Notes: generated by a model not told the origin, from the sequence alone. DNA of 64,000 bases from an uncultured bacterium (GCA_963814495.1 CAWFDJ010000016.1:28106-92105); one strand, 5' to 3'. Shown: positions 52,101 through 62,665, counted from the first letter of the stretch. Translations and numbers: made by a program.

Positions 52101-52538
52101 GGTGACCCCGTCCTTGTCCGTCGTCGTGAAGTTGGCGTCCCGGGTCTCCTTGATGAGTTTGGCGATGTCGTCCAGCGCCTCCTCCCAGGAGATCTCCTTC
52201 CATTCGGTGGCGTTGGGCTCGCGGACGCGGACCTTCTTCAAGCGCCACTCGCTGGTGGACGTCTGGAGGATGGCCTGCCCCTTGGAACAGAGTGAACCCC
52301 GGTTGATCGTGCTGTCGGCGAGGCCCTCCATGGCCACCACCTTGCCGTCCTGGACGCTCACGATGGCTGAGCACCCGACGCCACAGTAAGGGCATACCGT
52401 GGTGGTCTCGGTCGCGCTGCTGATGCGAAGCGTCTCCCCCGCGGCGATAGCCGAGGCCTCAAAGCCCAGGCTGATCAGCGCGACGGAGCCTATCCCCGCA
52501 CCGGAGAGCTTCAGGAAACCTCTTCGCGTAATTTCCAT
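49183..52538 (-). CDS. fdhA: Formate dehydrogenase catalytic subunit, Tat-exported selenoprotein (in-frame TGA at 51975..51977; about 3 further frameshifts)
   Basis: Twin-arginine signal MEITRRGFLKLSGAGIGSVALISLGFEASA; ..VCPYCGVGC..; ..LEHQARI-U-HSATVSSLGATYGRGAMTNHWSDLRNADAFMV.. matches the FdnG/FdhF Sec region (UHGPTV..GRGAMTNHW). Confidence 0.85.
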
Positions 52539-52806
52539 GCTTTCCTCCCACTTTCCTCAGTTTCCTTCAAAACCTGCTTGACTGCGTTTCTCGATGCTGC
52601 GACTGTATTTCGACCCGGCCGGCCCCGCGGCCGCCCGGTAAATGATTTTCTTAAACTTTCCGGGGAAACTCGCTTCCCCGGCGTCAGGCCAAGTTCACAA
52701 CTCCATATGTTTTCAAAGAACGCCTCGGAATAAAATCCTTATTATTATAGTATCGGTTTTTCCCTTAAGGCAAGATGGAACAGCAATGGTTTCGTAACGA
52801 TCTCGA

Positions 52807-53661
52807 TCATGAGAAAACCGTCCGACAGGCCCGGTCATACCCTTCCTTCTGCGCCGCCTCGTCCAGGTAGGAGGTGAACAGGTCCTCCAGGGGGAGGACG
52901 ATCTCCTCCGGTTGCCCCTTGCGGTCGGTTATCTTGATGTAGCGCTTGCAGCTGTCGCAGACGTAGACGCGCCGGGCGCGGTCTTCTCCCGCGAAGAGGT
53001 ACTTCAGCTTTTCCTGCTGCGCCGCGCCGCAGAAGAGGCAGAGCATGCGGGGGGTGCCCCAGCGGCTGCCGCAGAGGGAACACTCCAGCACGCGCAAGCC
53101 GTCCTCGTCTCGGTTGAAGCCCATCACCGGCGGCGCCCCGCATACGGGGCAGGCGGCGTGGGGGAACTGGTCCAGGTCGATGCGGGGATGCAGTTCCAGG
53201 GCCAGCTTGCGGAAGACAGCGGCGAAAGTGGCGTGCAGGAGCAGGCTGAGCACGCTGTAGTCCACGTCGAACTCCTCGGCCATGGCCTTGAGAGAATCCT
53301 CCCGCCCCTCCAGCCAGGCGCGCCCCAGCTCCTCCACTTCTTCCGGGCTCAGTTCCCGGTTCTTCAGGAATTCGCGTTCCCGCGTTCCGGTGGAGCTGCT
53401 CTTGCGGGCGACTATTCCCTTGATCTCCTGGAAAAGCTGGTTGAAGGTCTCGTAGCCGACCTCGATCGACTCCGGGTCCAGCAGGGGCAATCCTTCCCCC
53501 AGCCGTGCCCTGATCTGGACCTCGTCAAGCTCCGGCGAGGACACTTCCAGGCGGCCCAGGTATTTCTTCTGGGCCCCGAATATGTCGCGGTACAGCTTCA
53601 TGGTCCTGGTGATCCGGTCGCTCAAGGCTTCGTACTCCTTGATGCGCCGGTTGATCAGCAC
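52807..53661 (-). CDS. fdhE: Formate dehydrogenase accessory protein FdhE-like
   Basis: Four CxxC pairs ([30 protein letters not shown]) in the FdhE arrangement. Confidence 0.65.
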   Translation of the reverse strand: MLINRRIKEYEALSDRITRTMKLYRDIFGAQKKYLGRLEVSSPELDEVQIRARLGEGLPLLDPESIEVGYETFNQLFQEIKGIVARKSSSTGTREREFLKNRELSPEEVEELGRAWLEGREDSLKAMAEEFDVDYSVLSLLLHATFAAVFRKLALELHPRIDLDQFPHAACPVCGAPPVMGFNRDEDGLRVLECSLCGSRWGTPRMLCLFCGAAQQEKLKYLFAGEDRARRVYVCDSCKRYIKITDRKGQPEEIVLPLEDLFTSYLDEAAQKEGYDRACRTVFS

Positions 53662-53718
53662 CTTGGTCGTCTTCGGCTGCTTCAGGTTGAACTCTCCTAT
53701 GTCGATCGACCTCCCGTC

Positions 53719-54468
53719 TCAGTCAGCTTCCTGCTTGAGCGCTGCCACTCTCCGCCTGCGCAGGCCGAGCATGGCGAAGAGGATGGACCCTTCGTAGAGT
53801 ATAAACATGGGCGCCGACACCATCAGCATGGTGATGGGGTTCCAGTCCGGGGTGATGAAGGCGGCGAAGATCAGGATGGCGATGATGGCGATGCGCCAGT
53901 TCTTGTGCAGCTTCTGGGGCGTGACGATGCCCAGGCGCACCGCCAGCCAGACCACCAGCGGGGTCTCGAAGGTTATGCCCAGGGCCAGCAGGAGCAGGGT
54001 GACCAGGCTGATGTATTCCATGGCCGTGAGCATGGGCTGCAGGTGCGTGCCCGCCTGCCCCACCAGCCAGTTGAGCCCGGCCGGCAGTATATAGTAATAG
54101 GCGAAGATCGTGCCCCCGAGGAAGAAGAGGACGATGACGGCCAGCGAGACGTACATGATCTTCTTCTCCTTCTTCCTCAGGGCGGGGGCCACGAAGGCGA
54201 AGATCTCGAATATGATCACCGGCAGGGCCAGGACCAGCCCGGCGTAGATGGCTATCTTGAAGCGGACCATGAAGGGGTCCAGCACGCTCAGGTAGTGCAG
54301 TTCCAGGGGGATGGAGGCGCGCTCGGCCGGCTGCTTGAGGATGTCCAGGATCTGCCAGGAGAAGATGTAGCAGACGGAGACGGCCACCGTCAGGGAGAGG
54401 AAGGCGACGATGATGCGCCTGCGCAGTTCCTCCAGGTGTTCGAAGAGGGTCATCTTCTTATCGGCCAA
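53719..54468 (-). CDS. tatC: Twin-arginine translocase TatC
   Basis: ..LTLFEHLEELRRR.. N-terminus, 6 TM, 249 aa. Confidence 0.85.
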   Translation of the reverse strand: MADKKMTLFEHLEELRRRIIVAFLSLTVAVSVCYIFSWQILDILKQPAERASIPLELHYLSVLDPFMVRFKIAIYAGLVLALPVIIFEIFAFVAPALRKKEKKIMYVSLAVIVLFFLGGTIFAYYYILPAGLNWLVGQAGTHLQPMLTAMEYISLVTLLLLALGITFETPLVVWLAVRLGIVTPQKLHKNWRIAIIAILIFAAFITPDWNPITMLMVSAPMFILYEGSILFAMLGLRRRRVAALKQEAD

Positions 54469-54544
54469 CCGTAACCCCCTTCAGGGAATGTAAGGTGGGG
54501 CAGGTTCCGGCAAGGGAGCGGGAGAGCGGGGCGGGGCGCCCCGG

Positions 54545-54787
54545 TTATTCCTCGTCCTTCTTCTCTTCCTTCTTCTCTTCCTTCTTCTTGCTCTCTTCTT
54601 TCTCGCTGCCGTCGACGCCGTCCCGGATGGCCTTGGTCAGCTCCGTGCTGCCCTCGCGGAACTCGCGCAGGGCCTTGCCCATGGAGCGCCCGATCTTGGG
54701 CAGCTGGGCGGGGCCGAAGATGATCAGGGCGATGAGCAGGATTATACCCAGTTCCGGCAGGCCGAAGCTCTGAAAAATCGCCAGCAT
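54545..54787 (-). CDS. tatA: Twin-arginine translocase TatA/E
   Basis: MLAIFQSFGLPELGIILLIALIIFGPAQLPKIGRSMGKALREFREG.. + KE-rich tail. Confidence 0.8.
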   Translation of the reverse strand: MLAIFQSFGLPELGIILLIALIIFGPAQLPKIGRSMGKALREFREGSTELTKAIRDGVDGSEKEESKKKEEKKEEKKDEE

Positions 54788-54939
54788 CTTTCCGCATACC
54801 TCCTTAGTTTCATTCCGTCCGTGCCCAATATAGTAGACCGCCGTTCGCGCATAAGTCAAACGACGCTGACGGTGCTGGCATCTTCGGTATTTTAGCGACA
54901 CGGACGTCACTGGCGGTGTCGGACGGTGTCCGGCACCGC

Positions 54940-56562
54940 TTACGGGATGATGCTGGAGATGTAGATGGAGAAGGTGTTGGAGTAGAGCACCACCTTGCCC
55001 TGGTACATGGCGGCGACCCGGTAGCGGAAGGTGTAGCCGGTGTAGACGCCCTCGGTGTCCAGGTGGCCCTGGTGGGTGCTGACGTAGGGCACCGGGACGG
55101 CCATGTCCGTGCCCGTGGGCGGATAGGTCGGGTCGCGGGTGCCGGAGGTGCGGCAGACCATCCACTGGTCCACCTGCAGGTCGCCCTCGCTGTACCACTT
55201 GAGCTGCACCCCCATGCCCGAGGAGGTGTCCATCACCTGGTAGCCGGTGAGGGTGATGGTGGGCGGCACCGGCGGTGGGGGTGGCTCGGGCTCGGGCTCG
55301 GCCTGGGTGCGCATGGTCACCGCGTTGCTGTAGAACCTCTCCCCGTCGACCAGCATGGCGACGCGGTAGTAATAGGTCGTGCCCCTTTCGATGGCACCGT
55401 CGAGGTAGTGGAGGGTGGCGGGGTCCTTCACCGCCTTCAGGAGGTTGGCCGGCGCGGTGGGCTGCTTGACGCTGGTGGAACGGAGGACCTCGAAGCCCTG
55501 GGGCTCGGCCCCGCTGACCTTCCAGTTGAGCAGGACGCCCTGGTCGGTGTCCTTCGCCGTCAGCTCGACGGTGCCCGGCTCCACCGGCGGCGGGGGCGGC
55601 TCGACGGTTATCTCGGGCAGCACGCCGGGGTCCAGGCCCGCCCGCTGGTCGATTCAAGGTTGTAGCGGAGCCAGTCCAGGTCCAGCCCCTCCAGGGAGAT
55701 GGGTGCCACGGCGCCGGGCGTGCCGGCCGCGTAGACGTCTTCGTCGGCAGTACTGGCTGCCCTGGCCGAGGACCAGCTCGCCGCCTCCCCTGGCGATGCC
55801 CGTGTCGTGCTGGGTCGCCAGGACCAGCAGGCCCCTCTCGCCGCGGCGCTCGACGTCGAAGGCGGTGCCCCGGGCCGAGCAGCCCACCTCCCCCACGTCC
55901 ATCGAGTAGAGCAGGGGCCGCTCCACGCGGCTGTAGGCCTTGCCCGCGTTGAGCGCGAGGGCCAGGGAATCGCTGCCCAGCGAGGTTATCTCCACCTCGC
56001 TCGAGTAGTCCAGGCGGAAGAGGGCCGCCTCTCCCACCCGCACTTCCGCCCGGTCGGCGGTGGTGCGCACGGCCTGCCCCTCGCCCAGCTCGACAGTGCC
56101 CGAAGCCTGCTCCCAGGCGCCTTCCGCGTTCCTCACCTCGACGCTCCCCGGGGTACTGAGGGTGAGGGCCAGCAGCTGTGCCGGCCCGGGCGGCGCCTCG
56201 GGCCCCGGCTTGCCGAAGTACCAGAAGGAGGTGGTGACCAGCAGGGCCAGGACGACGAAGGCCACCGCTCCCACGTAAGCGTAGCGCCTCCGCTCGGGCA
56301 GCACCGGCCGGAGGAGGTCCTCCAGGCGGGGGCGCTCCCGGCGGGGGGCCTGGCGGGTGAGGGCCTCCCGCTCCTGCAGCAGCCGCAGCTTGATCTCCGC
56401 CTGCCGGCCGGGGTCGGGCCTTATCTCCACGCGGCTCACCGACTCCAGGCCGCGCGCCAGCCCCAGCACCCCCTTGAGCTCGGGGTCGAGCTGGGCAAGG
56501 GGGCTCACCTGGTTCTTCTCCAGGTATTCGCCCACCAGCGCCGCCCGCGTCGATTCGCGCAT
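54940..56562 (-). CDS. Anti-sigma factor (TM + FecR-like domain) with 2 C-terminal FN3-like domains (frameshift near 55650)
   Basis: Start adjacent to ECF sigma stop; TM AFVVLALLVTTSFWYF; extracytoplasmic region; P-rich linkers and two ~90-aa beta-sandwich-like units (..GYTFRYRVAAMY..). Confidence 0.55.
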
Positions 56563-56563
56563 C

Positions 56564-57166
56564 CTAAAAACCTTCCTCCAGGGTAAGTCCGCTCTCGGCC
56601 ACCAGCTGCTTCAGGGCCTTGAGGCTCCTGTACAGTTTCATGGTGACCGTCTTCTTGTTCTGTCCCAGCACCTCCACCATCTCGTCCAGGGACAGCTCCT
56701 CGTAGAACTTGAGGGTGAGCATGTGCTGGTACTGCTCGGGCAGCCGGGAGATCAGCTCCATCAGCCGGGCCGCCCTGTCGATCTGCTCCACCTGCTCGAC
56801 GGCGCCGTCAGGCACCGACATCACCCCCTCCATGGCCTCGAAGCACACCTGCTTGTGCCGGCCGGCGTGCCGGAAGTGGTCGGTGATGAGGTTGGTGGCG
56901 ATGCGGTAGAGCCAGGCCGAGAAGGAGACGTCCTTCCACTCGAAACGGTCCAGGGACTTCATGGCCTTCTCGAAGGTGAGCGCGGCGATGTCCTCCGCGT
57001 CGGTGGGGTTGCCCACCCGTTTCGCCGCGTAAGCGTAGATCACCGGGAAGTAATGGTCGTAGAGCTCCCCGAACGCCGTCGGGGAGATGCGCGCCCGCTC
57101 CACCAGCTCCCGCTCCAGGTCCGGGTCGAGGCGCATCACCGCCAGCAGCAGCAGCAGTCCGATCAC
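56564..57166 (-). CDS. ECF-type RNA polymerase sigma-70 factor
   Basis: Region 2 (..FGELYDHYFPVIYAYAAKRV..) and region 4 (..LSLDEMVEVLGQNKKTVTMKLYRSLKAL..). Confidence 0.8.
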   Translation of the reverse strand: MIGLLLLLAVMRLDPDLERELVERARISPTAFGELYDHYFPVIYAYAAKRVGNPTDAEDIAALTFEKAMKSLDRFEWKDVSFSAWLYRIATNLITDHFRHAGRHKQVCFEAMEGVMSVPDGAVEQVEQIDRAARLMELISRLPEQYQHMLTLKFYEELSLDEMVEVLGQNKKTVTMKLYRSLKALKQLVAESGLTLEEGF

Positions 57167-57389
57167 TCAGCCAAGCCTTTCCGCAGTATAACGTCCCTTC
57201 AAGAGCGCCTGCAGCATCTTCGGGTTCCGCTTTTTTTCCCATGGCGGCCGTGTGGCCCGCGGCCTTAAGGACAGGATAACACAAGCGCTTCCCGTCTTTC
57301 GATCCATGCATCTTCCCCTCCTTTCGGCCATGTTCTCTCCTCTCTGCCCTTATCAACGAACCGGAGGGGGTTCTATCTACATCTAATCC

Positions 57390-57444
57390 GGGGTCAGGCC
57401 CTGACAAGGCTGTCGGCGAGATTCAAGGATTTGGGCCTGGCCCC
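57390..57444. repeat. Palindromic element GGGGTCAGGCCC...GGGCCTGGCCCC (12-bp arms, 31-nt spacer)
   Basis: Read directly; same GGGGTCAGG family as 7735..7844. Confidence 0.4.
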
Positions 57445-57522
57445 AACCCCGGATGGAAGGGAAAACGCCGGACGGAGTGGAAGAAGAACAGGGTCTGGAT
57501 CTCGAGTACCGGAGGGTGAGAC

Positions 57523-58359
57523 TTGGCTGGTAAGAAAGGCGGATACCGGCAACGAGCGGCGGCGGCGCTGTCCGTCCTGCTCTGCTGCTGCCTGCTGGCG
57601 GCGGCCCTCGCGGGCTGCGGCGGCAAGTCCTCCTACGAGGAGAAGCGGGAGCAGGTGGAGGCGGCGGCCGCGCAGTTCCTCGACGCCTGCGGCAACCAGG
57701 ACGCGGCGGCCATCCCCGCCCTGCTCAGCCCGGGCTACCGGGAGGCCAACGGCCTGGGAGACACCCTGAGCGCGGCCGCCCTGCAGCAGGCCACGGAGTC
57801 CTTCGTCGCCTACAGCTTCGACCCGGTCAACGACATCGTGGTGGAGGACGGGCGGGCCCTGGTGACCGTGTTCATCGACTACGGCACCTTCGGCTCCAGG
57901 GAGGAGACGCTGGTGCTGGTGCGGGAGGGCGACGCCTGGCTGGTGGACAGCTTCACCGCCATGGACTGGGACCAGCCGCCGCCGCCGCCAGCCGAGGAGA
58001 GCGTGGTGGAGACCGACGTGCCCGAAGAGGACGTGGAGAAGGCCCTGCGGGACTTCCTCGAGGCCTGCCTCGACGGCGACACCGACTACATCTTCAAGCA
58101 CCTGAGCGACGCCTACAAGGAGGAATACCGCCTGACCAAGGCCTGGACCGCCTCGGAGTTCGCCGGCATCTTCGGCACGGCGCGCGGCTACGACTTCGAG
58201 CCGGAGGAGATCGAGATGATCGGCGGCGACCGCGCCCAGGTGGACGTGACCATCGATTTCGGCAGCCGCGGCAACCTGGAGAGCGAGACCTCCCTGGTCT
58301 CCCTGGTGCTCGACTCGAGGACCTGGAAGGTGGACGTCTTCCCCTTCTTCATCTACTGA
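57523..58359 (+). CDS. Lipoprotein with two related ~110-aa domains (DUF4878-like)
   Basis: Lipobox ..LAGCGG..; internal duplication (..FLDACGNQDAAAIPALLSPGYRE.. / ..FLEACLDGDTDYIFKHLSDAYKE..). Confidence 0.5.
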   Translation: MAGKKGGYRQRAAAALSVLLCCCLLAAALAGCGGKSSYEEKREQVEAAAAQFLDACGNQDAAAIPALLSPGYREANGLGDTLSAAALQQATESFVAYSFDPVNDIVVEDGRALVTVFIDYGTFGSREETLVLVREGDAWLVDSFTAMDWDQPPPPPAEESVVETDVPEEDVEKALRDFLEACLDGDTDYIFKHLSDAYKEEYRLTKAWTASEFAGIFGTARGYDFEPEEIEMIGGDRAQVDVTIDFGSRGNLESETSLVSLVLDSRTWKVDVFPFFIY

Positions 58360-58447
58360 GCCGCCGCGCGGCGCAACCCCTTTCCCCTTTAGCAGCGTCT
58401 TAATGGTTGAACGACAGGACGCGCGCCGAGACGACGGGGGGTTGACC

Positions 58448-60392
58448 ATGAGGGGATATCACAGAGTGCTGGCACCGGTACTGGCCTTGCTCATAGCGGC
58501 GGCGGCCCTGGGCGGCGCTGCCGGGATGCGGCAACGGAGGCGGCGGCCTGACACGCGGCGGGCTCGCTGCCCACCTTCCGGTCGGCCGGGGAATTCGTCG
58601 AAGCGTTCCTGAACGGCCGGGAGATGGGCGGCTACGGGGACATGCGCCTCTACGACATGGCCGTGCCGTCTTCGGCCGGAGCCGAGGAGACCGGCCGGAG
58701 TCCCGGAACACTCCGGCACCAACGTCCAGGTGGAGGGGGTGGACGAGGCCGACATCGTCAAGAACGACGGCGAGTACATCTACACCGTCTCGGGCAGCAC
58801 GGTGGTCATCCTGCGGGCCTGGCCCCCCGAGGAGACCGGGGTGGTCTCGCGCATCGAGTACGAGGGCGAATACCAGCCGGGAGAGCTGTTCCTCGCGGGC
58901 GACCGCCTGGCGGTCATCGGCTCGCGCTACGACTACGAGGATAACGGGCTCGGGGAGTACGGGGGCATCGTGCCCTACCAGGGCCTGACCTTCGTCGACG
59001 TCTACGACGTCTCCGACCGCCGGGACCCGGCGCTCGTGCGGTCCATCGAGTACGAGGGGAGCTACTCCACCGCCCGCATGATCGGTTCCGACGTCCACGT
59101 GGTGCTGGCCTCCTACCCGTACTACTACCTTTACGACGAGGAGGTGGAAGGCCTCGAACCCTCGGACATCATCCCGAAATACAGCGACACCCCGGGCGGC
59201 CGGGAGCCGTCCGCCTCCGCCCCGGCCTGCGGCTACGAAGACGTGGCGTACACCGACCCCGACGCCTTCACCTCCTTCCTCTCCATCCTCTCCTTCTCCC
59301 TCGCGGGAGGGGCGGAAGGCCTCGAGAAGCAGGTCATCGCGGGCACCTCGGAGAACGTCTACGCCTCACCGGACAACCTCTACGTGGCCAGCACCGAGTA
59401 CCCCATGTACTGGTATGACGAGAGCCCCGCGCCCCGGCGCGACCACGAGGAGCGGACGGTGGTCTACAAGTTCGCGCTGGACGGCCCCCGCGCCGTCTTC
59501 GAGGCCTCGGCCGAGGTGCCCGGGACCGTCCTCAACCAGTTCTCCATGGACGAGTACGACGGTTACTTCCGCATCGCCACCACCCTGGGCCACGTCAGCC
59601 GGGAGGGTTCCGGGACCGCCAACAACGTCTACGTCCTCGACCCCGGCCTCGAGATGGCCGGCAGCCTGGAGGGGCTGGCCCCGGGCGAGACCATCTACTC
59701 GGCCCGCTTCGCGGGCAAACGGGCCTACCTGGTGACCTTCAAGAAGGTCGACCCCTTCTTCGTGCTGGACCTCTCCGACCCCGCCGACCCGCGGGTGCTG
59801 GGGGCCCTGAAGATACCCGGGCTACTCCGACTACCTCCACCCCTACGACGAGAACCACGTCATCGGCGTGGGCAAGAACACCGTGGAGGCGGAACCGGGC
59901 GAGGGCAACTTCGCCTGGTACCAGGGGATGAAGATCGCCCTCTTCGACGTCACCGACGTCTCCCACCCGCAGGAGATGTACAAGGTGGAGATAGGCGACC
60001 GGGGCACCGACTCCTACGCCCTCCACGACCACCGGGCCTTCCTCTTCGACAGGGAGAAGAACCTGCTGGTGCTGCCGGTGCTGCTGGCCGAGCTCACCGG
60101 CGAGCAGAAGGCTTCCGGAGACGCGCAGGCCAACGATTACGGCACTTACGTCTACCAGGGCGCCTACGTCTACGACATCTCCCTGGAAGAGGGGTTTGAC
60201 CTCGAGGGGCGCGTAACCCACCTCGACGACCCGTCGGGGCTCGAGCGGGGCTATTACTACTACGGCGCCGACGATTCCATCATGCGGAGCCTGTACATCG
60301 GCGACTACCTCTACACCGTCTCCGGCGCCATGGTCAAGGTGAACCGGCTGGAAGGCCTGGGAGAGGTGGCCGCCGTCAGGCTGGGTGAATAA
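58448..60392 (+). CDS. Secreted beta-propeller-domain protein (COG4880/Beta_propel family); 2 frameshifts
   Basis: Lipoprotein signal ..LGGAAGCG..; ..DIVKNDGEYIYTVSG.., ..YSDYLHPYDENHVIGVG.., ..YYYYGADDSIMRSLYIGDYLYTVSG.. family blocks. Confidence 0.6.
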
Positions 60393-60410
60393 CAGCGGGG
60401 GAACGGCGCG

Positions 60411-60851
60411 CTAGCGGGTGTCCTGCCCGCCCGCCGCCGTAGCTTGAGGGTCGAGGTAGCAGCGCGCGGTGGCGGTGACGCAGAACCCGTTCCTCCCCAG
60501 CGGCACGAAGAGGGTGGAGGCCCGCTTGCGCACGGTGACGGTGACGGTGAGCCGGCCGGCCACCGGGGCCACCATGCACCCCGCGAGCTCGGCGCCGTTC
60601 AGCCCGGCATATCGCGCGGCCGCGCCCGCGGGGTCGTTCCCCACCCCGAAGAGGGGCGAGAGTTCCAGGCCGGCCGCCTTGGCCGCGGCGTCGGCCGCCG
60701 TCTGCGCCTCGCCCCGCGCCCGCAGGAAGACCATCATGTCGAAGAGGACCAGCCCCAGCGCCAGCGTCATGACGGCCAGCACCACCACTATCACGGCGAC
60801 CGAGCCGCCCTCGCCCCGGCGGGACGCGCGCCTCCCTTCCCGCCCCTCCAT
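60411..60851 (-). CDS. TadE-like pilus/secretion-associated membrane protein
   Basis: N-terminal TM + ..FLRARGEAQTAADAAAKAAG..; start ATG overlaps upstream TGA (GAGTGAGATGG). Confidence 0.5.
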   Translation of the reverse strand: MEGREGRRASRRGEGGSVAVIVVVLAVMTLALGLVLFDMMVFLRARGEAQTAADAAAKAAGLELSPLFGVGNDPAGAAARYAGLNGAELAGCMVAPVAGRLTVTVTVRKRASTLFVPLGRNGFCVTATARCYLDPQATAAGGQDTR

Positions 60852-60852
60852 C

Positions 60853-61273
60853 TCACTCGATCCTGTCGTTCTCGACGCGCATGGTGGACTCTCCCCTGAC
60901 GGTGATGTCCTGCGGGAAGAACCTGGAGAGCAGGGGCAGGTAGAGGGGCACCCGGTAGGAGACGCGCACGGTGACGGGCTGTCCCCGCTTGCGGGAGGGG
61001 CAGTCCACCGCCACCTCCATGCAGCCCCGGGTCCATCCCCTCGGCCGCGCTCAAGGCCGCCCCCGCTATCAGGGCGGAGCTTGAGGTCTCCACCCCCTTG
61101 CGGGCCGCCTCCCGGGCCGCCCCGGTGACGATGATCTGGGCCCGGAGCACCATCACGCTCTGGGCCAGCAGCAGGAAGAAGATGAGCAGGAAGGGGAAGA
61201 CCAGGGCGAACTCCACCGTGGACTGCCCGGCCTCAGAACCGATGCGGCGCTTTAGCGTCATCCGTCGCGGCAT
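60853..61273 (-). CDS. TadE-like protein (frameshift near 61030)
   Basis: ..GQSTVEFALVFPFLLIFFLLLAQSVMVLRA.. TadE N-terminal signature; corrected C-terminus ..VSYRVPLYLPLLSRFFPQDITVRGESTMRVENDRIE*. Confidence 0.5.
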
Positions 61274-61387
61274 CTCCTTACCTCCCATATTATCTATACT
61301 TAACTATGTTATATAATTATGTATAATACTAGTCACGTAGTCTGGAAGAGTCAAGGGTTTCAGTTGCGACACGCTCGAACGGCAGGG

Positions 61388-62665
61388 TCAGGCGGGGAAG
61401 AGGGGTTTGGCGCGCATGGGGAGGAAGGGGACGCGCCGCGCGGTGGGGCGGGAGCTCAGGAAGCCGGCACGGTCCATGTAGTTGAGGACCAGGGGGACCA
61501 GGCTGGAGCCGGGGAACAGCCCCAGGGCCCCCGCGGCGCACAGGACCTCGTCGAAGCGGGTGACCATGTCCCGGCGGACGGTGGTCCCGTTGAAGAGCAC
61601 CGGCACCGGCTCGCCGGTGTGGATGACGAAGGGGCCGCCCTCGCTGGCGGTCGAGTGGTCGCCGGTGATGACCTTGAGGGTGCCGGAGTCGGTCACCAGT
61701 TCGGGCACCTCGATGAGGGCCCGGTCCAGTTCCTCCAGGGCGCGCATCTTGCGCCAGGGGTCTCCGGTGTGGGCCGCCTCGTCCGGCTCCTTGGTGTGCA
61801 CCACCACCAGGTCGCAGCCGTCCACCAGCAGCTGCCAGGCCTCCTTCAGCTTCTCCCGCAGGTCTTCCCGGGCGGACTGGGCCTGCAGGGTGCGGCTCTC
61901 CATGCCCAGGGTCAGGGCCAGGCCCGCGTAGAGCGGCCCCGAGGCCACCAGGGCGGCCCGCAGGCCCCAGCGGCGCTCGAAGGGCTCCACCTCCCGGTAG
62001 GCGGAGGCCCACTTGGTGACGAAGGCCGCCTCCTCCCCCATGCGCCCGAGGCGCGCCCGGGCCTCCCGCAGGAACCCGTTGACGGCGGCGGCGGTGCGGC
62101 GGGCGGCGGGCGGGTCCTCCGCTTCCTCCAGCGCCGACACCTCCAGGATGGGGAGGTGGGCGAAGAAGGGGTCGGAGTCGGTGACGTCCCGGGACGCCTC
62201 CCCCCGCAGGACGACCAGCACCTCCTCGTTGCGCAGGTGGTGCAGCTCGAAGAGGATGCCCTCGCAGCGGATGCCCTGCAGCCCGTCCGTCCAGGCCTCG
62301 CACTGCTCGCCGGGGTACTTGAACTCCTGCACCACGTGCAGGGCGCCGCCGGACTCCTTCGCCGGCACGATGTTGCCCATGAGCGTCACCGTGCCGCGCT
62401 GCGGCTCCAGGTCCATCGCCTGCGCGTGCATGAGCGCCCGGCCGGGATACTCCTCCTCCCGGTAGCCCAGCATGCTCCAGTGCGCCAGGTCGCTCCCCGT
62501 ACAGGCCCCCGGGTAGACGGGGTAATGCAGGCCGCACATCCCCTCCCGCGCCAGCTGGTCCAGGGTGGGGGTCCTGGCCGCCTGCAGGGGGGTGCGCCAG
62601 TCCAGCGCCTTGCAGGAGCGGTCGCCCAGGCCGTCCAGGATGACCAGCAGCGCCCGCGCGCTCAT
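61388..62665 (-). CDS. apgM: Cofactor-independent phosphoglycerate mutase, archaeal type (ApgM family)
   Basis: MSARALLVILDGLGDR..TPTLDQLAREGMCGL..TGSDLAH..; ..LKVITGDHSTAS.. family blocks; 425 aa intact. Confidence 0.7.
   Translation of the reverse strand: MSARALLVILDGLGDRSCKALDWRTPLQAARTPTLDQLAREGMCGLHYPVYPGACTGSDLAHWSMLGYREEEYPGRALMHAQAMDLEPQRGTVTLMGNIVPAKESGGALHVVQEFKYPGEQCEAWTDGLQGIRCEGILFELHHLRNEEVLVVLRGEASRDVTDSDPFFAHLPILEVSALEEAEDPPAARRTAAAVNGFLREARARLGRMGEEAAFVTKWASAYREVEPFERRWGLRAALVASGPLYAGLALTLGMESRTLQAQSAREDLREKLKEAWQLLVDGCDLVVVHTKEPDEAAHTGDPWRKMRALEELDRALIEVPELVTDSGTLKVITGDHSTASEGGPFVIHTGEPVPVLFNGTTVRRDMVTRFDEVLCAAGALGLFPGSSLVPLVLNYMDRAGFLSSRPTARRVPFLPMRAKPLFPA

Noticed and set aside
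54495-54773. Plus-strand ORF (92 aa, SSFFSSFF-rich) overlapping tatA
   Set aside because: Low-complexity antisense translation of the lysine/glutamate-rich TatA tail; TatA on the minus strand has the canonical TM + amphipathic helix sequence.
57270-57520. Possible small RNA or mobile element around the 57390..57444 palindrome
   Set aside because: Only the short inverted repeat is evident. There are no target-site duplications or transposase remnants, so it is treated as a member of the GGGGTCAGG hairpin family rather than a distinct mobile element.
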